From Candidatus Zhuqueibacterota bacterium (lineage in GTDB: Bacteria; Zhuqueibacterota; Zhuqueibacteria; Thermofontimicrobiales; Thermofontimicrobiaceae), in assembly GCA_049322915.1 (NCBI GenBank), contig JBMOPW010000007.1:212246-276245 (forward strand): a stretch of DNA of 64,000 nt. Reading direction: 5' to 3'. Shown piece by piece: positions 45,442 to 55,660 of the stretch. The notes below the pieces were generated by a model. It did not search any database and had not been told where the DNA came from. It was given only the letters and a program-made list of their open reading frames with translations. A program made the translations under genes and the position numbers. Numbering within the stretch: position 1 is the first letter of the stretch; every line of letters starts with the position of its first letter.

Positions 45442-45882
45442 ATGAATTTAGGTAGTTTAAAGTACGCTCCCGGATCAAGAAAAAAACGCAAACGAGTCGG
45501 ACGAGGCCCTGGGTCAGGTCATGGCGGCACCAGTTGTCGCGGTGAAAAAGGTGCTGGATCGCGTGCAGGATTCAAAAGAAAAGCCGGTTTTGAAGGTGGA
45601 CAGACCACATTGCAGCGACGTTTGCCCAAACGGGGATTCTTCAATCGATTCAAAAAGGAATTTCAGGTCATCAATCTGAAAGACCTAGAACGGATCAGCG
45701 ATGTTTCCAAAATTGATCCTCAGATTTTATTCGAGAGAGGGATCATTCGAAAAAAAGATATTCCTGTGAAAGTGCTGGGTGACGGAGAGATAACTAGAGA
45801 AATCGAGATTTCGGCACATGCGTTCAGCCAGTCTGCGAAAGAGAAGATCGCGGCTGCCCAAGGGAGGATATCCGTCTTATGA
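45442..45882 (+). CDS. rplO: 50S ribosomal protein L15
   Basis: RVGRGPGSG, FEGGQ, RLPKRGF. Confidence 0.98.
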   Translation: MNLGSLKYAPGSRKKRKRVGRGPGSGHGGTSCRGEKGAGSRAGFKRKAGFEGGQTTLQRRLPKRGFFNRFKKEFQVINLKDLERISDVSKIDPQILFERGIIRKKDIPVKVLGDGEITREIEISAHAFSQSAKEKIAAAQGRISVL

Positions 45883-47213
45883 TTAAAAGTATTCAGAGCA
45901 TTTTTCGAATACCGGATCTGAAAAAGCGCATTATTTTTACATTATTAATTCTGGTTGTAAATCGCATTGGCAGCCACATCCCCGTTCCCGGAATCAATGG
46001 AAAAGCCCTGTTCGAATTTTTCCAGCAAATGGGAGGTGGCGGAATTTTCAGCCTTTATGATATGTTCGCGGGTGGCGCTCTCATGCAGGCGACTGTATTC
46101 GCCCTGGGAATTATGCCATACATTTCAGCTTCCATTATCCTTCAACTGCTGGGCGCCGTGGTCCCATATTTCCAGAAGCTCCAGAAGGAAGGGGAAGAGG
46201 GTCGCAAAAAAATTACTCAGTACACCCGCTACGGGACGGTACTGATTTCTGCGTTACAGTCGTATGGATTGGCCGTCTTCATCGAAAGCATAGGAACAAC
46301 GCAGTCGGGACTAGCTGTTGTGCCGGATCCCGGATTTGCCTTCCGGATTTTCACCATGTTTACGATGACCGCCGGCTGTGTTCTCATCATGTGGCTGGGC
46401 GAGCAGATAACGGAGCGCGGCATTGGAAACGGTATTTCATTAATCATTTTCATTGGCATCATTGCGCGGTTTCCAAACGCAATTGCCACGGAAATCACCC
46501 AGGTATTGGGTGGCAACAGAGCCATTTTGACTGAAGCGTTTTTATTATTAACGATGATTGGAACTATCGCCGCTGTCGTCATTTTGACACAGGGAACGCG
46601 CAAGATCCCTGTTCAATATGCGCAACGCGTTGTGGGAAGAAAAGTGTACGGTGGGCAGAGCACTCATATTCCGCTACGTGTCAACACAGCGGGCGTAATG
46701 CCTATCATCTTTGCCCAGGCAATCATGTTCGTCCCCAATACGATAAAGACATTCTTCCCCGGAAGTGAATTTGTCGCCACTGTCGCTAATTATTTTGAGG
46801 CGACATCTATTATCTACTGGTTGATTTATGGCGGCATGATTGTATTCTTCACCTATTTTTACACAGCCATCGCTTTCAATCCAATTGACGTGGCTGATAA
46901 TATGAAAAAATCCGGCGGATTCATTCCCGGTGTTCGGCCAGGTAAAAAGACATCGGAATTTGTCGATAACATACTGACTCGAATCACATTGCCGGGATCG
47001 GTTTTTCTGGCGATCATTGCTATCTTCCCATATTTCATCACCAAGTTCACGAATGTCTCATTCACATTCGCTTCCTTTTTCGGTGGGACTTCGTTGCTGA
47101 TTATTGTGGGTGTGGCTCTGGATACATTGCAGCAGATTGAATCTCATTTGCTCATGCGTCACTATGACGGATTTTTAAAAACCGGCAGACTCAAAGGAAG
47201 ACGGCGCGCTTAA
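45879..47213 (+). CDS. secY: Preprotein translocase subunit SecY
   Basis: ALGIMPYISASII, GIGNGISL, IPGVRPG, GGTSLLI. Confidence 0.99.
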   Translation: MIKSIQSIFRIPDLKKRIIFTLLILVVNRIGSHIPVPGINGKALFEFFQQMGGGGIFSLYDMFAGGALMQATVFALGIMPYISASIILQLLGAVVPYFQKLQKEGEEGRKKITQYTRYGTVLISALQSYGLAVFIESIGTTQSGLAVVPDPGFAFRIFTMFTMTAGCVLIMWLGEQITERGIGNGISLIIFIGIIARFPNAIATEITQVLGGNRAILTEAFLLLTMIGTIAAVVILTQGTRKIPVQYAQRVVGRKVYGGQSTHIPLRVNTAGVMPIIFAQAIMFVPNTIKTFFPGSEFVATVANYFEATSIIYWLIYGGMIVFFTYFYTAIAFNPIDVADNMKKSGGFIPGVRPGKKTSEFVDNILTRITLPGSVFLAIIAIFPYFITKFTNVSFTFASFFGGTSLLIIVGVALDTLQQIESHLLMRHYDGFLKTGRLKGRRRA

Positions 47214-47252
47214 ACAGCTAAATTAAAACGCTCTCCGCTGAGGAATGGAATT

Positions 47253-47906
47253 ATGATATTGATCATGCTGGGGGCTCCTGGGACAGGGAAAGGCACCCAG
47301 GGGAAGATTTTGGGATCTCATTATCGCATACCAAACATTTCAACCGGGGATATTTTAAGAACTGCTATTGAAAACGACACCGACCTGGGCAAGCAGGCAA
47401 AGCAATTTATGGACAAGGGCGAACTTGTGCCGGACGATGTGATGATTGGAATGATTGACGAGCGCTTGCTGGAACCGGATTGTAAAAATGGATTTATTTT
47501 GGATGGATTTCCGCGAACTGTCGCCCAGGCCCAGGCGCTGGATAAATATTTTCAAAGAAGCGGCAAAAAACTGGATGCCGTAATCGGCCTGGAACTATCC
47601 GAAGACAAAATCGTTGCTCGACTGACGAGCCGGCGAGTTTGTCGCAAATGCGGAAAAGACTATAATGTGGTCACCGATCCTCCACCAGCCAATAACAGAT
47701 GTATCATGTGCGGTGGCGTTGTGATTCAACGGGCGGATGATAATGAGAAGACAGTGCGCAACCGGCTGAATGTTTATTACGAAAAGACGAGACCGCTGCA
47801 AGACTACTATCAGAAAATTAATAAATTGCATCTGTTTCATTCTGATGGAGCGATCGAAGACATCCAGCGAGACATTCGAATGTTTCTTGATAACGCTGTA
47901 AAATAA
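47253..47906 (+). CDS. adk: Adenylate kinase (Zn-LID type)
   Basis: GAPGTGKGTQ, STGD, LDGFPR, CRKC...CIMC. Confidence 0.97.
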   Translation: MILIMLGAPGTGKGTQGKILGSHYRIPNISTGDILRTAIENDTDLGKQAKQFMDKGELVPDDVMIGMIDERLLEPDCKNGFILDGFPRTVAQAQALDKYFQRSGKKLDAVIGLELSEDKIVARLTSRRVCRKCGKDYNVVTDPPPANNRCIMCGGVVIQRADDNEKTVRNRLNVYYEKTRPLQDYYQKINKLHLFHSDGAIEDIQRDIRMFLDNAVK

Positions 47907-48656
47907 ATGATTCAACGACGAAGCCCGCGCGAGATCGATGCCATAAGAGAGAGCTGTAAAATACTCGTGAACACGTTTCATATCATCGAACAGATGATCG
48001 AAATCGGGATGACAACGCGGGCAATAGACACAGAGGCAGAAAAATATATACTTTCCATGGGAGCCCGACCGGCATTCAAAGGGTTTAGCGGCTATCCTGC
48101 TTCAACGTGCATATCCATAGATGATCAGGTTGTTCACGGAATTCCCGGGGACGCACGACTTGAAGCCGGGAGCATCGTAAGCGTCGATGTAGGTGTGAAA
48201 TACAAAGGGTACTTTGGTGATGCTGCAAAAACCTACCCGGTGGGACATGTTGATTCTGCGCGAGTCAAACTGGTCGAGGTTACGCGTCAGGCGCTCGAAA
48301 AAGGGATAAGCATCATTAAGCCTGGAATTCGGCTTTCGGATATCTCCCATGTAATTCAAACACATGTGGAATCTGCGGGATTCTCAGTTGTGAGAGATCT
48401 GGTCGGGCATGGCATCGGACGTAAGCTTCACGAAGAACCACAAATTCCAAATTATGGTCCATCGAATCAGGGACCCGTGGTAAGGGAAGGCATGGTTTTC
48501 GCCATCGAGCCGATGGTCAACATGGGCAGCTATCACGTTTTCGTTGGTAAGGATAATTGGACTGTAAAGACTCGAGATGGACGCCCGTCAGCACATTTTG
48601 AACATACCGTAGCGGTAACTGCACAGGGCGCCGATATATTAACGAATGGATTGTAA
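47907..48656 (+). CDS. map: Methionine aminopeptidase type I
   Basis: VVHGIP, GHGIG, AIEPM, SAHFEHT. Confidence 0.97.
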   Translation: MIQRRSPREIDAIRESCKILVNTFHIIEQMIEIGMTTRAIDTEAEKYILSMGARPAFKGFSGYPASTCISIDDQVVHGIPGDARLEAGSIVSVDVGVKYKGYFGDAAKTYPVGHVDSARVKLVEVTRQALEKGISIIKPGIRLSDISHVIQTHVESAGFSVVRDLVGHGIGRKLHEEPQIPNYGPSNQGPVVREGMVFAIEPMVNMGSYHVFVGKDNWTVKTRDGRPSAHFEHTVAVTAQGADILTNGL

Positions 48657-48673
48657 AACCAGGGAGTTCATTT

Positions 48674-48892
48674 ATGCCAAAGGAAGAACCAATAAAAGTT
48701 GATGGAACGATTATTGAGACTCTTCCCAATGCATCGTTTAAAGTCGAATTAGAAAGTGGTCACCAGGTACTGGCGCATATATCGGGCAAGATGCGAATGC
48801 ATTTCATAAAAATTCTTCCTGGGGATAAAGTCACTGTAGAATTATCGCCTTACGATCTTACGCGGGGAAGAATCACATATCGATATAAATAA
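48674..48892 (+). CDS. infA: Translation initiation factor IF-1
   Basis: [18 protein letters not shown]. Confidence 0.98.
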   Translation: MPKEEPIKVDGTIIETLPNASFKVELESGHQVLAHISGKMRMHFIKILPGDKVTVELSPYDLTRGRITYRYK

Positions 48893-48953
48893 CGCATCCA
48901 TATTGCTACTCAATTAGCACAAGAGTTTCACGATATTTCAAGGTGGTGATAAC

Positions 48954-49067
48954 ATGAAAGTACGCTCTTCAGTAAAAAAAATCTGTGATAATTGCAAAAT
49001 CATAAAGCGAGGAGGAAAAATCCGGGTTATCTGTAAAAATCCTCGCCATAAACAAAGACAAGGTTAG
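48954..49067 (+). CDS. rpmJ: 50S ribosomal protein L36 (absent from ORF track)
   Basis: Manual translation [37 protein letters not shown]. Confidence 0.96.
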   Translation: MKVRSSVKKICDNCKIIKRGGKIRVICKNPRHKQRQG

Positions 49068-49095
49068 AACTTAACATTATTAGCAGGAGGAAATC

Positions 49096-49467
49096 TTGGC
49101 TCGAATAGCAGGAATAGATCTTCCCAAAGAAAAAAGGGTTGAAGTTGCATTGACATATATTTTTGGTATTGGTCAATCATTATCAAAAGAGATAATTGCC
49201 AAAGCAAAAATAAATCCTGATACGCGTGTGAAAAACCTATCGAACGATGAAGTCGGAAAAATTCGGACCGTTCTGGCCGAATATAAAGTCGAAGGCGCGC
49301 TGCGTGCTGAATTGTCGATGAATATTAAGCGCTTGATGGACATCGGGTGTTACCGCGGAATCAGACATCGTCGTGGTTTGCCGGTACGCGGGCAGCGTAC
49401 ACACACAAATGCTCGAACACGCTCCGGGCGAAGGAAGTCGGGCGTTCTTAAGAAGAAAGCAAAATAG
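49096..49467 (+). CDS. rpsM: 30S ribosomal protein S13
   Basis: [25 protein letters not shown] start. Confidence 0.99.
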   Translation: MARIAGIDLPKEKRVEVALTYIFGIGQSLSKEIIAKAKINPDTRVKNLSNDEVGKIRTVLAEYKVEGALRAELSMNIKRLMDIGCYRGIRHRRGLPVRGQRTHTNARTRSGRRKSGVLKKKAK

Positions 49468-49516
49468 CAATTCATAATTCTTTAGTAATCCAGAGTCATT
49501 TTCTTGGAGGTTAACT

Positions 49517-49906
49517 TTGGCAAATCCGAAAGCAAAACGAGGAAAGAAGCGCGAAAAGGTTGAAGCAACCGGCGTTGCCCATATACAAGCAACATTCAAT
49601 AATACAATAATTTCGTTAACAGACAACTATGGCAATGTCATTTCCTGGGCCTCGGCAGGAAGAGTTGGTTTTAAAGGTTCGCGAAAAAGTACGCCATTCG
49701 CCGCACAGTCAGCGGCAGAAACGGCTGTGAAAGAAGCAAAAGAACTTGGGCTGCAACGAGTTGAAGTGCTGGTCAAGGGACCAGGCAGCGGTCGTGAGGC
49801 GGCTGTTCGCTCGATTCAGGCTGCTGGACTTGAAATAACGGCCATTAAGGACGTCACACCCATTCCCCATAATGGATGTCGACCCCCCAAAAGGCGTCGT
49901 GTCTAA
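49517..49906 (+). CDS. rpsK: 30S ribosomal protein S11
   Basis: [24 protein letters not shown] start. Confidence 0.99.
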   Translation: MANPKAKRGKKREKVEATGVAHIQATFNNTIISLTDNYGNVISWASAGRVGFKGSRKSTPFAAQSAAETAVKEAKELGLQRVEVLVKGPGSGREAAVRSIQAAGLEITAIKDVTPIPHNGCRPPKRRRV

Positions 49907-49952
49907 TAAAATGAAAATTGGGATAAAAGCAATTTCTGGAGGCTTTAAATAG

Positions 49953-50582
49953 ATGGCAAGATATAAAGGACCTGATTGTAAATTATGTCGCAGGGAAAAC
50001 CAGAAGCTATTTCTTAAAGGGACCAAATGCAATACAAATAAATGTCCCTTTGAAAAGAAAGGGTATGCCCCAGGGCAGCACGGCAGGAATCGACGTGTCA
50101 AACATTCGGAATATGGTGTTCAACTTCGAGAAAAACAGAAAGTCCGTCGCATCTACGGAATCCTGGAAAATCAGTTCAGCAATTATTTCGAGAGAGCGGA
50201 ACGGATGAAAGGAATTACAGGCTCGAATTTGCTGCAACTTCTTGAAAGCCGGCTGGATAATGTCGTGTTTCGGTTGGGATTCGCCCCGTCACGAAAAACA
50301 GCCAGGCAGTTGGTGCGGCATCGCCATTTTCTGGTGAATGATAAATTGGTTGATATTCCTTCCTACATTGTGCACGTGGGGGATGTCGTACAGGTTAAAG
50401 AGAAAAGCAAAAAAATGGCTGTAGTCCACTCTTCGCTGAGAAAGATAAAAGACGACCGGCAATATCCCTGGTTGAGTTTGAACAAGGCAAATTTGAGCGG
50501 CACGTACTTGAATTTGCCGGAACGAACGGATATTCCGGAATCGATCACAGAATCTTTAATCGTTGAGTTATATTCAAAATAG
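49953..50582 (+). CDS. rpsD: 30S ribosomal protein S4
   Basis: [28 protein letters not shown]. Confidence 0.99.
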   Translation: MARYKGPDCKLCRRENQKLFLKGTKCNTNKCPFEKKGYAPGQHGRNRRVKHSEYGVQLREKQKVRRIYGILENQFSNYFERAERMKGITGSNLLQLLESRLDNVVFRLGFAPSRKTARQLVRHRHFLVNDKLVDIPSYIVHVGDVVQVKEKSKKMAVVHSSLRKIKDDRQYPWLSLNKANLSGTYLNLPERTDIPESITESLIVELYSK

Positions 50583-50672
50583 TCGTTAATAATCCTTGTA
50601 ATAATTTCCGAAAATTTGTAGACAGGATTATTCATAGGGTTTGGAAACCTCTATTCATGAGGAGTGAGTGTG

Positions 50673-51659
50673 ATGAATTGGCCAAATTTTCGCATGCCAG
50701 ATGGCATTGAGATTGACGAATTAACATATACAAATAATTATGGTAAGTTTGCTGTCCAACCTCTAGAGCGCGGTTTTGGCGTGACCATAGGAAATGCCCT
50801 GCGGCGAGTGCTGTTGTCCTCATTGCCAGGGGCGGCTATCACTTCCATTCGGATCGAAAATGTACTGCATGAATTTTCTACAATACCTGGCGTGGTTGAA
50901 GATGTTGCTGAAGTTATCCTGAATTTGAAACAGGTGCGAATTAAATTGATCAACAAAAGGCCGGATAAAGTGACGCTGGATCTCGCAGGACCAAAGGACT
51001 TTAAAGCGGGAAATATTTTAGATAGTACAAGCGATTTTGAAGTGTTAAACCCTGACCTTCACATTGCTTCATTGAATGCCGATGCCAAGTTTCGGTTGGA
51101 ATTGAAGGTCGGACGGGGCAAAGGTTATGTGCCGGCAGAAGAAAATAAAATGCCGGATCAGCCAATCGGCACAATTCCTATCGATTCAATTTTTTCACCC
51201 GTAAAAAACGTGGCATTCAAAATCGAAAACACCCGGGTGGGGCAGAAAGTTGATTACGAAAAGCTGATTCTTGAAATTACCACGGATGGCAGTATTACTC
51301 CAGACGATGCTTTGACTATTGCAGCCAAGATTCTAAAAGATCATATTGAATTGTTCATCAATATCGATATTGAACCGGAGCAGGAGGAGAGCCCTGAAAT
51401 TGATGAAGAAGCATTGCGGATCCGCAAGCTGCTGAAGATGAGCGTCGATGAACTCGAACTTTCTGTTCGGTCCCACAATTGTCTGATGGCAGCGAACATT
51501 AAAACCATCGGTGACCTCGTCCGCCGCGACGAACCGGAAATGCTCAAATTCAGAAACTTTGGAAGAAAGTCATTGTCCGAATTGAATAAAATTCTTGAAG
51601 AAAAAGGATTGCATTTCGGAATGGACGTGGATAAATATTTGAAATCTGAAGGCTATTGA
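50673..51659 (+). CDS. rpoA: RNA polymerase subunit alpha
   Basis: PLERGFGVTIGNALRR, HEFSTIPGV, LELSVRS, NFGRKSL. Confidence 0.99.
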   Translation: MNWPNFRMPDGIEIDELTYTNNYGKFAVQPLERGFGVTIGNALRRVLLSSLPGAAITSIRIENVLHEFSTIPGVVEDVAEVILNLKQVRIKLINKRPDKVTLDLAGPKDFKAGNILDSTSDFEVLNPDLHIASLNADAKFRLELKVGRGKGYVPAEENKMPDQPIGTIPIDSIFSPVKNVAFKIENTRVGQKVDYEKLILEITTDGSITPDDALTIAAKILKDHIELFINIDIEPEQEESPEIDEEALRIRKLLKMSVDELELSVRSHNCLMAANIKTIGDLVRRDEPEMLKFRNFGRKSLSELNKILEEKGLHFGMDVDKYLKSEGY

Positions 51660-51678
51660 TTCTGAGAGGATTAATTTC

Positions 51679-52146
51679 ATGAGACATAGAAAGTCATTTA
51701 GCAAGTTAAGTCGAAATACCAGCCATCGCAAAGCGATGTTATCGAACATGGCCACGGATGTGCTTCTCCACAAGAAAATCAAAACGACCACAGCACGCGC
51801 AAAGGCTGTACGTCCAATGGTGGAACGTTTGATCACCTTCGCCAAGAAAAATACATTGGGCGCGCGACGACATGTTCTCAGAACAGTCCGAAATAAAAAC
51901 GTTGTCAAAGAATTGTTCAATGAAATCGGACCTGTGTTCGTCAGCAGAAATGGTGGCTACACCCGAATTATCAAATTAGGTCGTCGGCAAGGCGATGGTG
52001 CAGAAGTCTCCTATATCGAACTGGTCGGGTTCGAAAATGTTCGCAAGCCGAAGAAAGAGAAAAAAGAGGCTGAGAAAACTGAAAAGGCTGAGAAGCCCAA
52101 GGAAGTTGAAAAAGCTGAGACCCCCGCAGTCCAGGAAAATGAATAG
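51679..52146 (+). CDS. rplQ: 50S ribosomal protein L17 with K/E-rich C-terminal tail
   Basis: MRHRK, RNGGYTRI, RQGDGA. Confidence 0.98.
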   Translation: MRHRKSFSKLSRNTSHRKAMLSNMATDVLLHKKIKTTTARAKAVRPMVERLITFAKKNTLGARRHVLRTVRNKNVVKELFNEIGPVFVSRNGGYTRIIKLGRRQGDGAEVSYIELVGFENVRKPKKEKKEAEKTEKAEKPKEVEKAETPAVQENE

Positions 52147-52170
52147 TACTTTCAGCAGTTTATTGAGTTT

Positions 52171-52199
52171 AAAGGCAGTCATGCGTGACTGCCTTTTTT
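52171..52199 (+). terminator. Intrinsic terminator ending the alpha operon
   Basis: AAAGGCAGTCA-TGCG-TGACTGCC-TTTTTT. Confidence 0.9.
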
Positions 52200-52698
52200 A
52201 TTACTCCGGACTGGCACGCCTGCTTGAAAAATAGTTAAAAATCTGGCATTCGTGCCAGACCTTCCCGCACATTTCAGTCTTGCTAACGCTGATGCCAATC
52301 GGACCAGACCAGTCCCCAATCTCGTCAGAATGAACATTGCCACTATGCTTTCGTCAGACCTCGTTTATGCTCCATCCTTCCATGAAGTGTAAACACAATT
52401 CCGCTCCATTGCAATTTCTTCCCATTGTTTTTTCCCGAAACGGTTAAGGCAAATAATAACATTTCGCCATACTTCACCGATGTGTTTAAATTCCATAAAG
52501 TGTTCAGGATGAGCTTCCGATAACTTGACAGGAGAACTATGTGCTCGCCACTATTTTGGGGCGATATTCAATGATCGGCTCTTGTGACGGGGCTCGGTCT
52601 CGATTCGAGCGTCTCTACCGCTTGGGCGATAAAATTTCAGGAATTCACAGGAGTTGCGCCTGGAAAATATTAGCAATAAAAGGAAAGGAAAAAGACAA

Positions 52699-53874
52699 AT
52701 GATAAAAGCGAGCAGTGCTGTCAGTTCAAACCCGAATGCGTTTGAAGCAGGCAAAGAAGTCGCTCAGGAAGTGAAATCGCGCCTCGGGAGAATGCCCGCC
52801 ATGGTCTGGGTATTCGGAGCAATTCACTACAACCAACAGGAAGTAATCGACGGCATCAGATCAATTTTGCCGGACGCATCGCTCATTGGCTGTACGACGG
52901 ACGGGGAAATATCGCACAAAGGCTTGAGCGTAAATTCGGTTGTAATGTTAGGACTTGTCTCGGATGAAATCACATTTCGTCTATCCGTGGTAACGGAAAT
53001 TGGCCGGAACTCATTTCTCGCCGGGGCGCAGTTAGCGGAACAGTTCAAGGATTTACCTACCGGATACATTCAAATCTTTTCGGATGGTCTCACCGGAAAC
53101 GGCACTGAAATCATTCAAGGCATTCAGTCCGTGCTGGGCAAAGATGTGAAAATAGCCGGGGGCACTGCCGGCGATGGCAGCCTGTTCAAACAGACGTTTC
53201 AATATTTTGATGGGCAGGTGCTGACGGATGCGCTGGTCGGCGTTGCTTTTTTGGGAGACTTCAAATTAGGGACCGGAGTGCAAAGCGGCTGGACGACCAT
53301 CGGGGTGTCCAAGCAGGTGACGAAGTCGATCAGGAATGTCGTGTACGAACTGGATGGAAAGCCGGCGCTGGAGGTGTATGAAAAATTCCTCGGACGCCAT
53401 GCAGCGATGCTGCCGGCAGTCGGTGTTGAATATCCGTTGGGACTGTTGGGCCCTTGCGGCGATGTTCACGAGGATGGCTATTATCTCTGCCGCGCTACCA
53501 TGGGAGTCGATCGTGACAAGGGCACGGTGACATTTGCCGGCGATATTCCCCAGGGCGCTTTCGTGAAAATGACGATGGGCAGCGAGTCCGATATTCTCGA
53601 CGCTGCGAAAAAAGCAGCAACTCAGGCATTGAGCCGGCTGCGGAATGGCTCTGCGAACGTGAAACCGGCGGTCGTCTTTTTCTATTCGTGCATGGCGCGT
53701 AAAATCGTGCTTGGCTCCCGAACAGATGAAGAGATTTCCATGATCAGGGAGACAGTCGGAACGGACATCCCCATCATTGGTTTTTACACCTATGGCGAAT
53801 ACGCGCCGGTCGGCAAAGAGCTGATTTCACATCTTCACAATGAGACGGCAACATTGACAATTCTTGGGGAATAA
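52699..53874 (+). CDS. Stand-alone FIST (N+C) domain protein, NosP-like
   Basis: IGCTTDGEI, IAGGTAGD, VYELDGKPA, FFYSCMARK, GFYTYGE, LHNET; GGAAAGGA upstream of ATG 52699. Confidence 0.9.
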   Translation: MIKASSAVSSNPNAFEAGKEVAQEVKSRLGRMPAMVWVFGAIHYNQQEVIDGIRSILPDASLIGCTTDGEISHKGLSVNSVVMLGLVSDEITFRLSVVTEIGRNSFLAGAQLAEQFKDLPTGYIQIFSDGLTGNGTEIIQGIQSVLGKDVKIAGGTAGDGSLFKQTFQYFDGQVLTDALVGVAFLGDFKLGTGVQSGWTTIGVSKQVTKSIRNVVYELDGKPALEVYEKFLGRHAAMLPAVGVEYPLGLLGPCGDVHEDGYYLCRATMGVDRDKGTVTFAGDIPQGAFVKMTMGSESDILDAAKKAATQALSRLRNGSANVKPAVVFFYSCMARKIVLGSRTDEEISMIRETVGTDIPIIGFYTYGEYAPVGKELISHLHNETATLTILGE

Positions 53875-53889
53875 CACGGGAATTTCAGA

Positions 53890-55608
53890 ATGGATGAAAT
53901 GGTGAAACGACTGCAATACGAACTGCAACTCTCTGAGAGAAAAGCAGAAGTATTGAGTAACATGCTCAAGGAAGCTGCCAATGAGTATGAAAAGTCGATG
54001 GTCGAATTGAATAAAGAAAAGGTACGAGCCGAAACTGCAAGCCGGGCGAAATCGGAATTTTTGGCCAATATGAGCCATGAAATCAGAACGCCCATGAATG
54101 GCATCATCGGGATGTGCGATTTGTTGGGTGATACTGCCCTGAATGAAAATCAGCGGCAATACCTGGATATGCTGAAAAACAGCGCGGATCAACTGCTGGG
54201 GCTGCTCAATGACATTCTTGATTTTTCGAAAATCGAAGCCGGGCAATTGAACCTGGAGCAGATTGAATTCAACATGCGAAGCATCATCGAAAATGCCACG
54301 GATATTGTCGTGCATAAACTGGAGCAGAAAGGAGTGGATCTATTTTTATCCATTGACAAAAATGTGCCCAATTCCCTCGTCGGCGATCCCATGCGCATCC
54401 GGCAGATTTTAGTGAATCTGCTGGGCAATGCCATCAAGTTCACAGAGGTGGGCAGTATCACCGTGATGGCGCAGATGCAGGAGCAAACGGCTGGTCTCGC
54501 TAAGATTCACATTTCAGTGAAGGATACGGGCATTGGCATCGCTCCGGATCGACAGGCAGTTATCTTTGAGAGCTTCACTCAGGCGGATAATTCCACATCG
54601 CGAAAATTTGGCGGTTCAGGACTGGGACTGACCATCTCGCGCCAGCTCGTGGAGATGATGAATGGGAGAATCTGGTTGGAGAGTGCAGTCGGCAATGGGA
54701 GCACGTTTCATTTTACCGTGAAGCTCCCGATTGGGACAGCGACTCCAACGAACGAAGAACATGGGGAAGGTGACCTGTCGAATCTGAATATTCTGGTGGT
54801 GGATGACAACGAGACTAACCGGATCATTCTGAATGAGACGCTTAAGTCGTTCAAATGCCAGGTCGATGTCGCGGAAAGCGGAGCAGCCGGGTTGATAAAA
54901 TTAAACCAAAAGATGAAATACGATATTGTCATCTCTGATTATCACATGCCGGATATGGATGGTCGGGAATTCATCATGAATCTGAGGAAAATGAAGATGT
55001 ATGAATTTACTCCGGTGCTGCTGCTCACGTCGATTGGGAAATATAAAAATCTGTTGGATGGGAGTCTGTTTTCCTGCGTTTGGACCCTGACCAAACCTGT
55101 CAAACAGAGCCAATTGTACAACATGCTGATTCAAATAAGTGGAAAGCTGATCAATTCCTTTGTCAAGCCGGCTGCTTCGAAGCAGGATGAGAAGACAAGG
55201 CAATGGATAGCCCAACTGGCAGCGTCGAAAGACCGCTTCACCATCCTGCTTGCTGAGGATAACATCATTAACCAGAAAGTGGCCATAGCGTTGATTTCAA
55301 AGACCGGTATTCCGACAGTGGTCGCGGGTGACGGAAAAAGCGCAGTGGATAGGCTGAGTCAGGGACATTTCGATCTTGTCCTCATGGATGTGCAAATGCC
55401 CACGATGGACGGATTTGCAGCGACACAATTCATTCGCAATGAGTTGAAAATGCGCCATATTCCCATCATCGCCATGACTGCTCATGCGATGAAGGGCGAT
55501 AAGGAGCGATGCCTGGAGGTAGGCATGAATGATTATCTCTCCAAGCCGATTCAGCCGACGGAGCTCTATTCGATGCTCAGCAAGTGGCTTTTCAAAAATG
55601 AGAACTGA
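53890..55608 (+). CDS. Hybrid histidine kinase 1 (coiled coil-HisKA-HATPase-REC-REC), no sensor domain
   Basis: [15 protein letters not shown] at about residue 57; N/G1/F/G2 boxes; REC motifs SDYHMP and MDVQMP. Confidence 0.93.
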   Translation: MDEMVKRLQYELQLSERKAEVLSNMLKEAANEYEKSMVELNKEKVRAETASRAKSEFLANMSHEIRTPMNGIIGMCDLLGDTALNENQRQYLDMLKNSADQLLGLLNDILDFSKIEAGQLNLEQIEFNMRSIIENATDIVVHKLEQKGVDLFLSIDKNVPNSLVGDPMRIRQILVNLLGNAIKFTEVGSITVMAQMQEQTAGLAKIHISVKDTGIGIAPDRQAVIFESFTQADNSTSRKFGGSGLGLTISRQLVEMMNGRIWLESAVGNGSTFHFTVKLPIGTATPTNEEHGEGDLSNLNILVVDDNETNRIILNETLKSFKCQVDVAESGAAGLIKLNQKMKYDIVISDYHMPDMDGREFIMNLRKMKMYEFTPVLLLTSIGKYKNLLDGSLFSCVWTLTKPVKQSQLYNMLIQISGKLINSFVKPAASKQDEKTRQWIAQLAASKDRFTILLAEDNIINQKVAIALISKTGIPTVVAGDGKSAVDRLSQGHFDLVLMDVQMPTMDGFAATQFIRNELKMRHIPIIAMTAHAMKGDKERCLEVGMNDYLSKPIQPTELYSMLSKWLFKNEN

Positions 55609-55660
55609 CGGCGCCTGACGGCAACAAAGTCGCCGTCGTGTCAAGCAGCACTGACGAGTA

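Noticed and set aside
52211..52228. Sigma54 promoter-like CTGGCACG...TTGA
   Set aside because: The required GG-N10-GC spacing is not met on either strand.
52425..52470. c-di-GMP-I riboswitch-like words (CCGAAACGG, GGCAAA) upstream of the FIST gene
   Set aside because: The order and pairing do not fit the GEMM P1/P2 architecture.
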